Assembly (NCBI RefSeq): GCF_030684315.1
Contig: NC_081366.1
Coordinates: forward strand, 20,899,410-20,963,409
DNA from: Stegostoma tigrinum
Lineage: Eukaryota
Direction of reading: 5' to 3'
DNA length: 64,000 nucleotides
In this document: positions 39,625 through 52,520 of the stretch, piece after piece
Numbering within the stretch: the stretch's first letter is position 1
Layout of the letters: the number at the start of each line of letters is the position of its first letter
Position numbers and translations under genes: made by a program
Notes under the pieces: model-generated
Databases searched by the model: none
Told to the model about the DNA's origin: nothing
Seen by the model: only the letters and a program-made list of their open reading frames with translations

Positions 39625-39950
39625 TGTAATCAACCTGTCCAGTCATACTATCATACACGTCTAGAGCAGTTGGAACTTGAACCTGGGTGTCCTATCTCAG
39701 AGGTAGGACACTACCAACGCACTACAAAAACACTGGAAAGCCAACCCTGAACTAAAACCACCAAAGTCCCAAGGATCATAGGACTTCTCTCTCAGTAGCG
39801 AGGGATGATTGATGATGTTTTAACCCATGGGTTGTCACGTCTGAGGTGAGAGGAGAGGTTGAGAAGAAGAGTAACGTTAGCCAGTGTGGGAATTAAAGCC
39901 ACGCTGTTGGCCCTACCATAGCCATCCCGCCAATTAGCTAACGGACTGCC
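39625..39950 (-). mobile_element. Two adjacent tRNA-derived SINE remnants
   Basis: Reverse-strand B-box-like ggttcaagttcc (about 39675) and a second head ending gttagctaattggc (about 39940). Confidence 0.5.
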
Positions 39951-40061
39951 TCAGCCTTAACCATACACCCCAGTGAGCATTAATTGATCTTTGTTATTTC
40001 TGGAGTATGTCATGCTTTGTTTTTAAGGAGACCTGTCATCCAGGTGTGTGGGGACCCCATT

Positions 40062-40376
40062 CATTTTTTTTCATTCAGTAACAGGAAGAGAATGATATTG
40101 CCCATCCCGCATTGCATCCCAGCAGGCAGTTCAGAGTCAATCACATTGCTGTGGTTCTGGTAAGGATTGCTAAAGGGCCTAAAGCATTAGAAACCCATTT
40201 CCTATAGGGAAATTGACAATGGATTCATGCTCATCATTAGGCTCTTAACTCCAGATATTTATTGAATCCAAATTCCACCATCTGCTGTGGCAGGATTCGA
40301 TCCTGGGTCCCCAGAACATTATCTAGGCTTTTGGATTAACTGTCCAGTGACAATACCACTTGGCCATCACCTCCCC
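40062..40376 (-). mobile_element. tRNA-derived SINE (family 2)
   Basis: Reverse complement of 57656-58010. Confidence 0.75.
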
Positions 40377-40879
40377 TATGCAGGAGGGCATGTGCATTAA
40401 GCCAAAAGTGAAGTGATGTCATGCATTCCATTTTTGTTCAACTCTATTTTGTTTTCTATCATTTCAACCTCATGTAACGACTTGAATATTTTCAATCATG
40501 GAACACCTTTCAAAACTCAGGATATTCAAAAGCACTTTAAGGCCAATGATATAAAGTTGCTGTTGTAAATTTGGAAGTGTTGCCGCCAATGCACATGTAA
40601 CAATATTCCACAAACAGTAAATGATGATGACCACTTTTTCTTTTGTTATGCTGGTTGAATAATATTAGAAAAAGTATGGACCAGAATGTATGCAAAATAA
40701 TGCAGCTTAGAGCTGGTGTACCAGGTTTGAAAATCATTCTTTTCAAGTTCAAAGTAACTTCAAAAAGGCAAGCTTATTCCTTTCTGTATGTTGTAAGAAC
40801 TTAATTGCAACATTTTAAACCATCATTCAATGCAGTGAACAGTATTGTACTGTGCAGACAAATCACAGCTTACATAAGT

Positions 40880-41036
40880 GCAAAAGCTGACGTTTCAGGC
40901 CTAGACCATTCATCAGAGAGGTCGAGGCCCGAAACGTCAGCTTTTGTGCTCCTGAGATGCTCCTTGGCCTGCTGTTTTCATCCAACTTCAGACTTTGTTA
41001 TCTTGGATTCTCCAGCATCTGCAGCACCCATTATCT
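40880..41036 (+). mobile_element. Family A element with inverted 5' arm carrying a - strand hammerhead motif (40889-40916)
   Basis: 11-bp flanking direct repeat cttacataagt (40869-40879 / 41037-41047). The minus strand reads CTGATGA-A-TGGTC-TA-GGCCT-GAAA-CG-TC. Confidence 0.88.
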
Positions 41037-42989
41037 CTTACATAAGTACATCAGTGTATTAGAACAGAATGCAGAATATAGTTTTGCAGATGCAGAGAAG
41101 GTGCAGAGAATGATCAATTTTAATAAATGAGAGGTCTGTTCATAAGCCTGATAACAGCAGGGAAGAAGCTGTTCTTAAATCTGTTGGTTCCTTTTTTTTT
41201 CAAACTTTCGTATCTTCTGCCTGATGGAAGAGCCTATAACCAGTGTGGGAAGGGCCTTTTATTATGTTGGCTGCTTTCCCAAGACAGTGGGAAGTATCGA
41301 CAAAGTCAGTGGAAGAAAGGCTGGTTTTTCTGCTTAGAGGGAACTACACATTGAAAATCTCCTCCATAGCACGCTCCAAAAGAATTTCCAGTAGGGAAAT
41401 TGAATTTTCCATTGGGTGATTCAATTATGACTGGAGCCCTCCAAAAGTTTCCAAGTAAAAACTTTTTGGTTTTTGGATGGTTCTGATGAAATTCTCTAAT
41501 ATAGTTACTAGAGAAAATTTAAAATATACTTTGTAGTATGATGGGAATTTGAGTGCAAGTTCCATTAGAAAATTAAACATTGAAACAAAATCTATTCAGT
41601 GACTTGTGGATCGAGGTCATCATGGCAAAATTGTAAGATGTTCTGTCTTTTTCTCACCCAAGCTCCCATCAGATTGCATAAATGTGAATGCAGCTTCTGA
41701 CAGTAACCTTTTCAGAGCTATTAACTTATACGACAGATAATTCTCTATATTTATGCTATTTAGTAAAAGACTGACATTCCACCCCCCCCCACCTCCTTTC
41801 AGACAGACCACTTTGCACTCACCAGTAGGAATCTCTTTCAAATTCCACCTGTGGGAGGAGAAAAAAAGAACAGGGGAAATGGAATCAGGTCAAATTGATG
41901 ACACAAAACGCCTGCTGGACAACGTACAGTCACCAAATGATTGCCTATAATGGCTGAAACTGTACTTTATAACAAAGCTGTCAAGTGTAACACTACTTGG
42001 CAAGAGAATGAACAATCCTTCTTCACTACATATATTGCTTTGCAAGTGGTTGTTTCGTCACCACTACCTTTAAATTCTTGGCTCCAGGGCTATTTTAGAT
42101 AGTCACAAGGTACATCTATGATGAAAAGCAAAGCAGCTGACCATAGATGCATTGAGCTGAACATGGTTGCATTATCCTCAAGATGAAGCATCAAAACAGT
42201 TTCATTTTACAATGCTCTTATTACCACCAAAGGTAAATCACTGAAGATATGAGTGAAATACAGGTTTCTGCCAGAAAGATGTGAGCTCAGGTCCTGACTG
42301 AAAATGGGAAAGAAAGTAAGAAAGCTAGAAAGATGCAGTGTGATGAAACTTCAACAATACCAATGCATCTATGTGGAAAGAAAAATTGAGTTCTGTAGCA
42401 TTAGTGTATCCACAATCAGCCTTTCTTTACAAAATCATAAAAAGAAGGGTCATAGCTCCTAAAACTTGGGCTGTAAATTGACTGTAAGCAAGCATGAAAT
42501 CATAGCCTGCCAGCATTTTTTTAATCTCCAGCCACCAGCGTACACTTCTTGTTAATTTATGAGGGTAAATGTAATGGCAACTCTCAAATTATGCCAAAAT
42601 GTATTTTAATGGGAGATTCAAGTAGTTTTTTAATAAGCATTTTGAATAACTTACAAGATAGAATTGCAGGAACTGCTGGCTGATTTATGTCTGAAACAGG
42701 TTGTGATTAATATCGCTTAGCGTGGATTCCATGAGCAGAATCTGGCTGAATTTGTTTTCTCGCTTTCCTAGCTTTTTTCATTGGTGTGAAAAATTAGTGG
42801 TTGCTTTCAGGAGTCGTCACTGTTTCTTCATGTTGCGTTTCTTATTGAGGACATTCAATTGCCGATAATCAGGCATTCTCATTGAAACAAGGACACATCT
42901 GTGGTAATCATAGAAAATCTGTGTTGTTAAGGAATCCTATATTGTGCATCAAGTCACAAATGACAGAACAGTCAGAGTTCAAAGCCGGG

Positions 42990-43595
42990 CTGGATTGAGT
43001 TTTTTGAGGATGTGACCAAAAAGATTAAAGGTAGAGCAGTAGATGTTGTTTACATGGTCTTTCATAAAGCCTTCGGTAAGGTTCCGCATAGTAGACCAAT
43101 TAGTAAATTTAGATCATGGGGATTCAGGGTGAGCTCGCCAATTGGATACAGAATTGGCTATATAGTAGAACCTGGTGGTGGAGGGTTGATTTTCAGACTG
43201 GAGGCCTGTGACCTGCGGTGTTCTACACGGTTCTGTACTGAGTCCACTTTTGTTTGTCATTTATATAAATGATTTGGATGGGAATTTAAGAGGTATGGTC
43301 AGTAAGTTTGTGGTTAATGTCAAAGTTGGTGGTATAGTGGACAGTGAAGAAGGTTATCTAAGATTACAAAGATAGTGGTTTGTGTGTAGCATGAACTGCC
43401 AGAGGAATTGGTGGATGCAGGTACAGCTACAGTGTTTAAAAGACATTTGGATAAGTACATGAATTGGAAACAATTGGAGGGATATGGGGATATGGAACAA
43501 ACACAGGCAGGTGGGACTAATTTAGTTTGCGAACGTAGTTGTCATGATCTAGTTGGACTGAAGAGACTATTTCCATGGTTTATGACTCTATGACG
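42990..43595 (+). mobile_element. Internally deleted CR1 LINE fragment
   Basis: EFFEDVTKKIKGRAVDVVYMVFHKAFGKVPH is joined directly to the 3' end, which has a tatgactctatgac tail. Confidence 0.88.
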
Positions 43596-44239
43596 CCAAC
43601 ATGGTAGGACTGGTTGTCCTGTAAGTGACTGCATAGCAGAGTTGCCAGTTCCAGTTTTGACTTTCTATTAGAACTGAGAGCATCAATGCTTCTACATGAC
43701 TGAACGCCTGAGTAATTTATTGGAACTGTTAATGCTGACTGTGAGGAAAAAGACCAGTTACTACAGTACACATTGGGTAGTAGAAGTGCAAAATAGGCTA
43801 GAGAACGATCACGGTCATCTTGAAAAGTGCACCTGATTTTCCTTTCTATTGGAAAAAAGGGAACTGAAAGACATGCGTTTGTAATATGTTTTTCATGATC
43901 AACGATGTATTTTTGAAGTAGGGGCACTGTTTTAAGTTTGGAAGCACACACACAGACACCCACAAACAACAGTGATAACTACCAGCTACTATGTTTCTGT
44001 TGTCTTGATAAAGCAATAATTATGGGTTAAGACACCGACAATAATTCTCCTGCAGTTCTTCAAAACAGTGTGGTGGGATTGTTTGTACCTGCAGTGGCAG
44101 AAAATTATTTGGGAGTTAAGTCCTTTTTCCAGGAGGTGTTCATCATCTGTACAGCATATGGGTCATTGAAATAGATGCTGGAATTAGGGAGAATATTTGA
44201 CAAATGAAAGCTGATTCTTCCAGCATTAAATAAAGGCTA

Positions 44240-44430
44240 AAGAATCGGGGATACTGGAAATCTGAAACAAAACCAGAAAATAGTGGAGAAACTCTGCAGG
44301 TCTGGCAGGATCTATGGAGATAAAGCAGAGTCAACACTTCAGGTCCAGTGATCCTTCTGAAGTTTGCCTTTTTCTTCACAAATGCTGCCAGACCCTCTGA
44401 GATTCTCCAGCAATTTTGTTTTTTTTTTCA
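44240..44430. mobile_element. Family B fold-back element
   Basis: Inverted arms around a ribozyme remnant cttcaggtccagtgatccttctgaag. Confidence 0.75.
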
Positions 44431-45374
44431 GTATCTATTTTGCTTATTCAACTCAGATCAGTGACTAAAATAAACTTAGCCAGAAATATTAGGGCAGTTA
44501 ACATCGGGAGATGTGCAAGCCACAGAATATCAGATACGTTGAATGTCAGCTTTTATTCAATATGTGCTGTATATGTGTGCACAGAACGTTTAATTTGTCA
44601 CAAATTGCTGGTGGTGTAACTGAAAATATTTTAATAATAATGAATGAACACATGGACCCATCTGTTCATTATAGCTTCTTGACAATCAGCTCTTCACATT
44701 TTTTTATGAAAGTGAAGCTAGTTCTTCTTAATAAAAAAATTCCTTAGAAAAAAAGATTTTCTTCTCCAAAATAATTGCTCCCTCAAGTGTCGACAATCCA
44801 TTCTACAAGAACAATAGTCTTTAGATTGCAGAAACACTCACTGCTATCTTACAGAGTACAATTTACCCTTCAAAAAAAAATTCTCACTTTCCTTCTGAAT
44901 GGAATATGACATTTCAATTCATGCACAGTAATAGTTTAGGTTTCTGTTACGGAAGAAGGAATTTGTATTGTTTCATAAGGCTTTTTTATTCACTGGTGAT
45001 TATACGAAATTGACAGGTAATACTGTATCACGCTGTGAAAGTGAGTATTATGCAGATGGCATGTTTAGTACAATTCAGCTATGTTTGCAACAACAAAGAA
45101 ATGGGAGGAGTGGTTGACATTTTTCTGCAATAAACCAAATCTGAGTGAGAGCAGTGGAGAGTCAGAAGAGTGAATAAATGAATTAATTTTCTGCATATAG
45201 CGTACTCTTCTTATTTCCATCTCTTGACATTAGGATTGAAGTTCTTGTCAAATTTTCTTGGGAGATTTACTGAAAGTTATTGACAAAGAAATTGAGCACA
45301 ATTTGGTAGGTGTAGAGGTATATTGAATCATTAATATTTAAGGTTAATAGAGTTTTAATGGAAACAAGAAAAAT

Positions 45375-45946
45375 AATTACATTTACAGCACCCTTTCATT
45401 ACCTCCAGAATTCTCAGCACCAGTAAAGTACTTTTGAATTATAGTTACAATTGTACTGTAGGAAACAGAGCAGCCAATTTGCACACAGCAAGCCCCCTCC
45501 AAACATAACCTGATCCTCTCTGGTGAAGGGTCTAGGCCCGAAACGTCAGCTTTTGTGCTCCTGAGATGCTGCTTGGCCTGCTGTGTTCATGCAGCCTCAC
45601 ATTTTATTATCTTGGAATTCTCCAGCGTCTGCAGTTCCCATCATCTCTGATCATTTCTTTTATTGTCATGTGGTCAGGGGATATTTATTGACCAGGGTAC
45701 CAGGTAAAGTTTGCTACTTTAACTCTAAAGAGTGCCGTGGAAACTTTCACAACCAGCTGAAATGGTAAATGATGCAGCCTCAGTTTAACAACCTCTACAT
45801 ATGCAACATTTACAGTTTTACAGCATTATAATAGCACTACATTGGAGTGATAGCCTTCCTGCTTGCGCTCAAATCCTGAATTGAGATTTTTGAACCCAGA
45901 ACCTTGTGTCTCAGAGACAAGAATACGAGCAACCAAGCTACAACCA
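45375..45946 (-). mobile_element. Deu-domain-type SINE (SacSINE1/AmnSINE1-like), split by a family A insertion
   Basis: gtaggaaacagagcagccaatttgcacacagcaag...cctcagtttaac...gaacccagaacct...tctcagag matches the Deu-SINE layout as I recall it. Weaker relatives lie at about 40490-40700 and 43880-44150. Confidence 0.6.
45516..45646 (+). mobile_element. Family A element with mutated hammerhead (45520-45547)
   Basis: CTGGTGA-A-GGGTC-TA-GGCCC-GAAA-CG-TC, with an A6->G change in the core. 6-bp flanking repeat ctgatc (45510-45515 / 45647-45652). Confidence 0.88.
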
Positions 45947-46779
45947 ATTGATGAATTGCAGATATGGTGAAAGGCTTTGGAAAATGGAAGAGAGATGAAT
46001 GTTGCAATTTTTGCTTTTTTTGCATTTTGTTATGGTGGTAGAAGCGGGTGGAGAGAAAATCTTCAGAGCTTGGCAAGTGTCATTAACTCACAAGACAAGG
46101 TGAGTATTAGGCTGCAGGCTTATTGTTATGGTTGAAACCATTGTTTGTCTGTAGAACACCAGCTCCTTGGGCACATTGATAGAATAACAGGCTCAATTCT
46201 ACTCACAAGGCTGTCACTGTGAAGTCCTGTTGGAGCTCAAATAACTGTAGAGATGGACAATGGCTATGTTGCTCATCAATGAAAGCAACCTCACTGTTCT
46301 CAATGTTTATGTCAAAGTGACTTTCCAGGCATCAAATGCTTCATCATTCTTCATGATTTCTGACAATTTTTGCATTGCTGTTCGCTTCATTTAGTTGTGA
46401 TGAGGAGTGGTGCCCACTTATGTGGTATGCCACAGGTGTGCATTGTGGTCCACTGGGCTACTGTTCTGTGAAGTTGGGTGCTATCTTATGAGTGCATAAC
46501 TGTACTTGTCTATTTTTTACTGCTGTTGTTGAGATTAGTGTTATGTGCTTGTCGATATTTCAGGTACATTTGTTCAATACCACAGAAATTATAGAATACT
46601 TGACCGGTAATAATTGTTGCTACTTTTGACCTTAATCTCAGAAGATAGAACTGTTCTCAGGTCATAAGATCAGATCCATTTTCTGCTACAGTTGAAATTT
46701 GAACTATCCATATGTAATTCATTGCTGAAATAGATTCTGTGACTGTGTTCTTGGAGGAATTATTTATTGCCTTTTGTTT

Positions 46780-47065
46780 TTGTACGACCAAGGGTCAAGA
46801 GTAGATCACTCAGCCCTACCCTCCACCATCCAATAAAGTGATTGCTGATCTGATTTTAATCTCAACTCTACATTCCTGGAAACCCCTAATAACCATTCAT
46901 TCCTTTGGTGTAATCAGGAAGTTTTCTATCGCTTCCTTAAAAATGTTTAAAGACTTTGCATCCACCACCTTTTGAGGAAGGGAATTTCAAAGACTCGCAA
47001 CCCTCTGAAAGAAAAAAAAACTCTAATTTCTCTCTTAAACGGGTGCCCCCTTATTTTTAAACCGC
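46780..47065 (-). mobile_element. CR1 3' end fragment
   Basis: Reverse complement of the CR1 tail (gctgatctgattttaatctcaactctacattcc...gcatccaccaccttttgaggaagggaatt). Confidence 0.7.
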
Positions 47066-47443
47066 ATGCACCCAGTAAAGTCCCCTCAGGAGCTTATATT
47101 TTTCAGTTCAGTCACCAGATACAGCCCCAGATTGTCTATCTTTCCATGTATTGAATGCATGAGGGAAAAACACAACCCTGTCTTCCCAAAAATGTCCACG
47201 TTGCAGGGGAGTGAATTCTCTCCATACTTCATAAAGGTTAAGAAAATAAAAAACAGATAGGTAATAAAAATAATTAATATTGATTACCTGCCAATTGCAT
47301 AAACTTGCAGTCTTAATGTCTGAATTCAATTAAACTAAATCTTGTTTGATTGATGTCATTTCTTGATGTTAATGGATTCCTTTTATCTTCAAACAGTCAC
47401 TACAAGAATTAGCTCAGAGCAAAACAGGTTCAGTTATGCCAAT

Positions 47444-47636
47444 ATAATAAAATGTGAGGCTGGATGAACACAGCAGGCCAAGCAGCATCTCAGGAGCACA
47501 AAAGCTGACATTTCGGGCCTGGACCCTTCATCAGAGAGCTCTGATGTGCTCCTGAGATGCTGCTTGGCCTGCTGTGTTCATCCAGCCTCACATTTTATTA
47601 TCTTGGAATTCTCCAGCATCTGCAGTTCCCATTATC
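47444..47636 (+). mobile_element. Young family A fold-back element with perfect 57-bp inverted arms and a - strand hammerhead motif (47507-47534)
   Basis: Arms 47444-47500 and 47545-47601 are exact reverse complements. 14-bp flanking direct repeat tcagttatgccaat (47430-47443 / 47637-47650). The minus strand reads CTGATGA-A-GGGTC-CA-GGCCC-GAAA-TG-TC. Confidence 0.92.
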
Positions 47637-49639
47637 TCAGTTATGCCAATGATCCTTTGTTTTACCCAAGTCTGTTCAGCAAAAGAAAGTTGATAAAAGA
47701 AAAAAAAATCAATGTCCCACATTTTAGGGTTTCCCAATTCAGCCTGTCACACATCCAGGTAAGTACTAAATTAAAGAAACGTAAGAACATTCGTTTCTAA
47801 TGTAAAGCTTCTTTTTTTGCCAGTCTCAAAATTTATTAAAGAGAGTGGATAAGTCTTTGGAAGAAACCATGTTAAGCTAAGTGAAGTGCTACAGTCTGGT
47901 GAAGTGTATTGTTTGCTCTGACTTCTATTTAATATTCTTTTTTTAACAAATATTAACTATTAGTTTTAGTCTGAGCTAAACGACAACAGTGAGGTGTTTT
48001 CTGTCAATCACTAATCAAAAGAAACAGTAATTTACACATATGCTTCAATGATAATATATTTTGTTATTCGCATTCTAGTTGTTTCTCACACAAGTAAAAG
48101 TTTCAGTTCATAAAAACAGAATCTACTGATGGAAGCTGATTTTTGCTCTCATTGAATGTAAAAAGTTTGGAACTGCACATAAATCGTGATATGGCAAATC
48201 TGGTGGGGGTGAAATTATTTTTTGCCATTAGTTCATACTAAATTGGCAGCCAGCGTTTCCCTGCTACACTCCTTCTGTTCAGCTAATTTGGAAAATATTG
48301 TGAAGACTTTTAATTTTAACCAAGTGAAAGGGATGATGACACTAAGGAATAAGTCTCCAAAAGGAGAGGAGCTTGATTCTATACACTATTCTATACACAT
48401 CAGGGGAAAGAATATCAGGCCTAATGAAAAATCAGTTGCCTATTTACAACTAAGACATTTCAGGCAATGAGCAGTGAATAATTAAACTTCCAATGCCTTC
48501 TTTGCTAGTCTTTGAGCAATTGAACAATATTTGCTCATATGATTTACCTGCGTTTGAGAAGAAACAAGCTTTTGGCTTGGTAGTAACATTCCCATCTGTG
48601 ACTCAGAAAATGAAAAATGAGTGGAATCTGAAGTGCTGAATCCAGATTGGTTTCATCCTCATTGTATAGTTAGGGAAAGTATATCATCTGCAATGGAGCA
48701 CTAATTGCCCTGTTGACTGGAAGAAACATTCACATTGCAGTCTGCTAAATTGTTCATCAGGTTACAAATCACTCCACTACTTCCTACTAATTTTGAATTA
48801 TGAAGACACAAAGCAAGATACCTTTTTGAAGTAAAAGGCTTCTTGCTTTCTCTTGAGAATTGAGATCCATAAGAATGCTGTAAACAAGAGGAATCATGGC
48901 TTTCTCTATAGCAATTCGTTTGTGTTATATATCCTCCAGTCTTAGCACGCCATAGTAGTATTTGATTACCATTTTATTTCCATGAGTCTACATTTTTGTC
49001 AAATTGTTCCCTGAATCAGAAGTTGACTTTAATCTCTTACAACTGTTACATTTCCTCATCAAACAACATCTTGTGATCCTCCATTGCAGGAATATTGCTC
49101 TTTGTTACATTGCTTCATCCAGATCTCTTACTTTGCACTCTGTGCTAATTCTATTCATTATGTTTACTGGTAGGTAGGTAGATTACATTATTTGGGACTT
49201 CACTTGTGTTCTTATAAATAGGAACCATATAAACGTTGAGGCTAGTTTAGGAAATGCATATCTGCAATCTGTATCTCAGTAAATAAAAGATAATGGAAGT
49301 GTGTAAAAACTGATACTCATTCTATCCTTCACCACCTGAATTTCTGGAACGGAACACCTTACATTACATTCTCTGCACTAAAAATATCCTTGTGTAATTC
49401 AATAATGGCGTTTAACACCATTTGCTGAGCATTATTTTTTTTTCTTTTGTGCAGTTACATTTTCAGTAAGAATATTGTGTTATGTGGCTGGACTTATCAA
49501 ATTGAAATGGGCCATAACTTTTTCACACTTTATCAAAATTCAACCTTTTCACCATTAAAAAAAAAAGATGGGTCCCTGAGGATAATTTAAAAGGATGCAA
49601 ATCAGACAATTGAACTAAGCTTGTGGAAAAGTGTGGGAT

Positions 49640-50100
49640 TTACTTCCTCCAGTGTCCAAGATTTATTGTATCCCTAATTTAGTATCATTCATAAACTTGG
49701 AATCTGAGTTCCCTATTCCTTTATTCACATCCACTTTTCATGCTTCTTTTCATCCATTTCTCCTACTTTTCAAGCAATTATCGATTGACATGACAAAATT
49801 ACCTTCTTCAATCCTGTTCACTTTTTTTTAGCCAATTGTATGAAACCTTACCAAGCAGTTTCTGGAAATCCATGCTGTCAATATCAATAGAAACACCACT
49901 ACCCTCCAAGCTTACCAAAAAATTCAACAGCATTAGACAGACATTAAGTAGCCTTCAAATATCCATGCTACCTCTCTTTGATAAGTTTGTGATCATGTAA
50001 CTCGACTTTCTCTCTTTTCCAGAAGATAGATAATAATTACCTCCTCACAAATGATAATAAGCTGATAGGTCTGTAATTGCCTGGTTTCTACTTTCTTTCC
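49640..50100 (-). mobile_element. Highly decayed CR1 RT remnant
   Basis: Minus-strand DIDSMDFQKLLGKVSY resembles the CR1 D..YMDFQKAFDKVPH motif. Confidence 0.45.
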
Positions 50101-51249
50101 AATTGTGTAAAATTACAGGGATTCAAGAAAAGTGTTCAAATTATCTACTAGTGATCGGATCTGTTAATTATTTTACCTTCTAGGGAATACAGAAGATAGA
50201 CCTATAGCAATGATATCACCTGTTCATTGCTTACTTCCTAATTTTGCTTTATGTGTGTTAAGTTTTAAACAAATTCATTGTGTGCCTTCAATTTTGGTGC
50301 TTCAATTGAAATTTTATGAAAACAAGGGAACTGAATAATCATTATTAAACCTGGTTTGTTAATTCAGGCTCATAACCAACAGTTTTCCAAGATGAAGGCT
50401 ACAAGAGTTGCAAGTCACCCATGAGTGATTTGAAGCTTGAATCCAGAATGAAATCAAACAAAAAAAAAGCTCGGCAAGACAAGCTCCCTGGTCTAAGCTA
50501 ATCTGTGCCTCAAAACGGTTAAAGCTACCAACTATATGATGGGCCAAAAGGTCTCCTTCTGTGTTCTAATTCTCCATGACAGCATGTTAATACTAGAACA
50601 ATATGTTTATGGTACTCCTTAGAATTTTGAACCAAAATTGCATTATAACTCACAAATGTGTAGCAAAATTATATTAATGATAAACAGGGTAACAAATTAT
50701 AAATACTTTGAGGAAATTAGAAAGGAATTAAAAAGTGGCCATCTATCCAAAGCCACACCAAGGAGGATATCCAAAACAAGTTAAAATTACAGAAAGCAGG
50801 AAATGGAAATAAAAACTGTATCGAGAAACACATAGCCAGAAGTTATAATAACCAGACAGCCTAGAGGTAGGGTAGAAAAGCATGTAAAAGAGGAAATAAG
50901 ATGTGTTTATGCAATGCAATGTATTTATACAAAACAAAAGAGGGAAACTACAAAATCACTAGAACTGAACAACCTATGACCTGCATTAAAAATAAGTATC
51001 ATATGGAAGTAACTCCATATATAATTACACTGTGACCCTTCGCTGCAATTGTTAGTGCTGTGCATTTTCAATAAGTAATTCATTTATGTCAGAACAAGAA
51101 AATCCAGTTATGATTATCATCATAACACTGTAAATTATTTATCATGTTATTGTAATATATCTCAGCCTTGAACTGTGTGCTATCATCTGAAAATGGCTGA
51201 AAAACAAATTTTGCTGAAATAGTGGAGATACAAACTAAAGTAATAAAAT

Positions 51250-51860
51250 TGCCCTATTTATACTTGGATTTCCAGAAGGCATTTACAAATATACTACATC
51301 AAAGGTTATTACAGAAGATAAAATCTCATGTTTAGGGGATAACATATCGTCTGGATAGATAATTGGCTGGGTCATGGAAAATAGTGTGTGCATAAATGTC
51401 CCTTTGTCTGATTTGCAGGTTGTGACAAGTGAAGTCCTGCAGGGGTCAGTGCTGAGACCTCAACTTCTATAATTTACATCGTGAGCGGAGTGAAGGCATG
51501 GTAGCTAAATTTGCAGATGGCACGAAGATAGGTAGTAAAATATGTCATGAAGAAGGCATAAGGAGCTTGCAGATGGATATGGATAGGTTGAGTGAGTGGG
51601 CAAAAATCTGACAGATGGAGTATAATTTAGGAAAATATAAAGTTGTTCACTTTGGCAAGAATTTGTTTGAAAAATCAGAGTTTCTAAATGGAGTGCTATT
51701 ATAGATATCTGACGTGCAGAAGGAGTTAGTGTTCTAGTGCATGAGTAGCAAAAAGCTAGGACACAGGTATGCCAAGGAACTAGGAAAGCCAATGAAATGC
51801 TACTCCTGATTTTGAGAAAAATTGGACATAAAAATAAGAGTGTCTTGCTTCATTTTTACA
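51250..51860 (+). mobile_element. Decayed CR1 RT fragment
   Basis: Motifs YLDFQKAF, VTSEVLQGSVLRPQL and VAKFADGTKIG. Confidence 0.85.
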
Positions 51861-52189
51861 TTATTTACATTGAATGTTTATACATTTGCATTTGCTTATA
51901 ATTTTCCTCATCATCTTACAGCATAACTTTTTATGAAGACGTGTAAATCTGATTTATATGATTAAGGTGAAAACCTGTTTTAAAATTTCAGATCGAAAAT
52001 AGTATCAGCGTTCAAATAGTTGAGGATTCCATGATGCATAAGCATTGGAGATAGGGGATCCAACACACAACTTATCCAGAATACTAAACTACCCATGTGT
52101 TTTAAAGCATGTATTTGTACCTTTAATGCCACAAGATCCCTGGAAATTAGATATTCTGTTGGGATAAGACCCTGAAGAAAATCTATGCA

Positions 52190-52401
52190 CAGATAGTAGA
52201 AACTGCAGATGCTGGAGAATCTGAGATAACAAGGTGTAGAGCTGGATGAACACAGCAGGCCAAGCAGCATCAGAGGAGCAGGAAGGCTGACGTTTCAGGC
52301 CTGGACCTCGAGGACCTAGGCCCGAAACGTCAGCCTTCCTGGTCCTCTGATTCTGCTTGACCTGTTGTGTTCATCCAGCTCTACACCTTGTTGTCTCAGA
52401 T
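52190..52401 (-). mobile_element. Family A fold-back element
   Basis: Inverted arms about 52219-52305 and 52314-52401 meet in the ribozyme stem II. Flanking repeat aatctatgca (52180-52189) / aatatatgca (52402-52411). Confidence 0.9.
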
Positions 52402-52520
52402 AATATATGCATCTTGTTTATGGCCAGGGAAGCAGACATATAAAACCCCAGAACCAACAAATAAAGCACATCTGCTTTTAAATTACCAGTAACTTTTCTT
52501 TTGTAACTCTACAAATAATA

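Noticed and set aside
2183-52401. Family A/B inverted repeats as MITEs or miRNA genes
   Set aside because: Asymmetric ends, variable TSD lengths and hammerhead remnants indicate Penelope-type retrotransposition. Nothing in the sequence supports miRNA processing.
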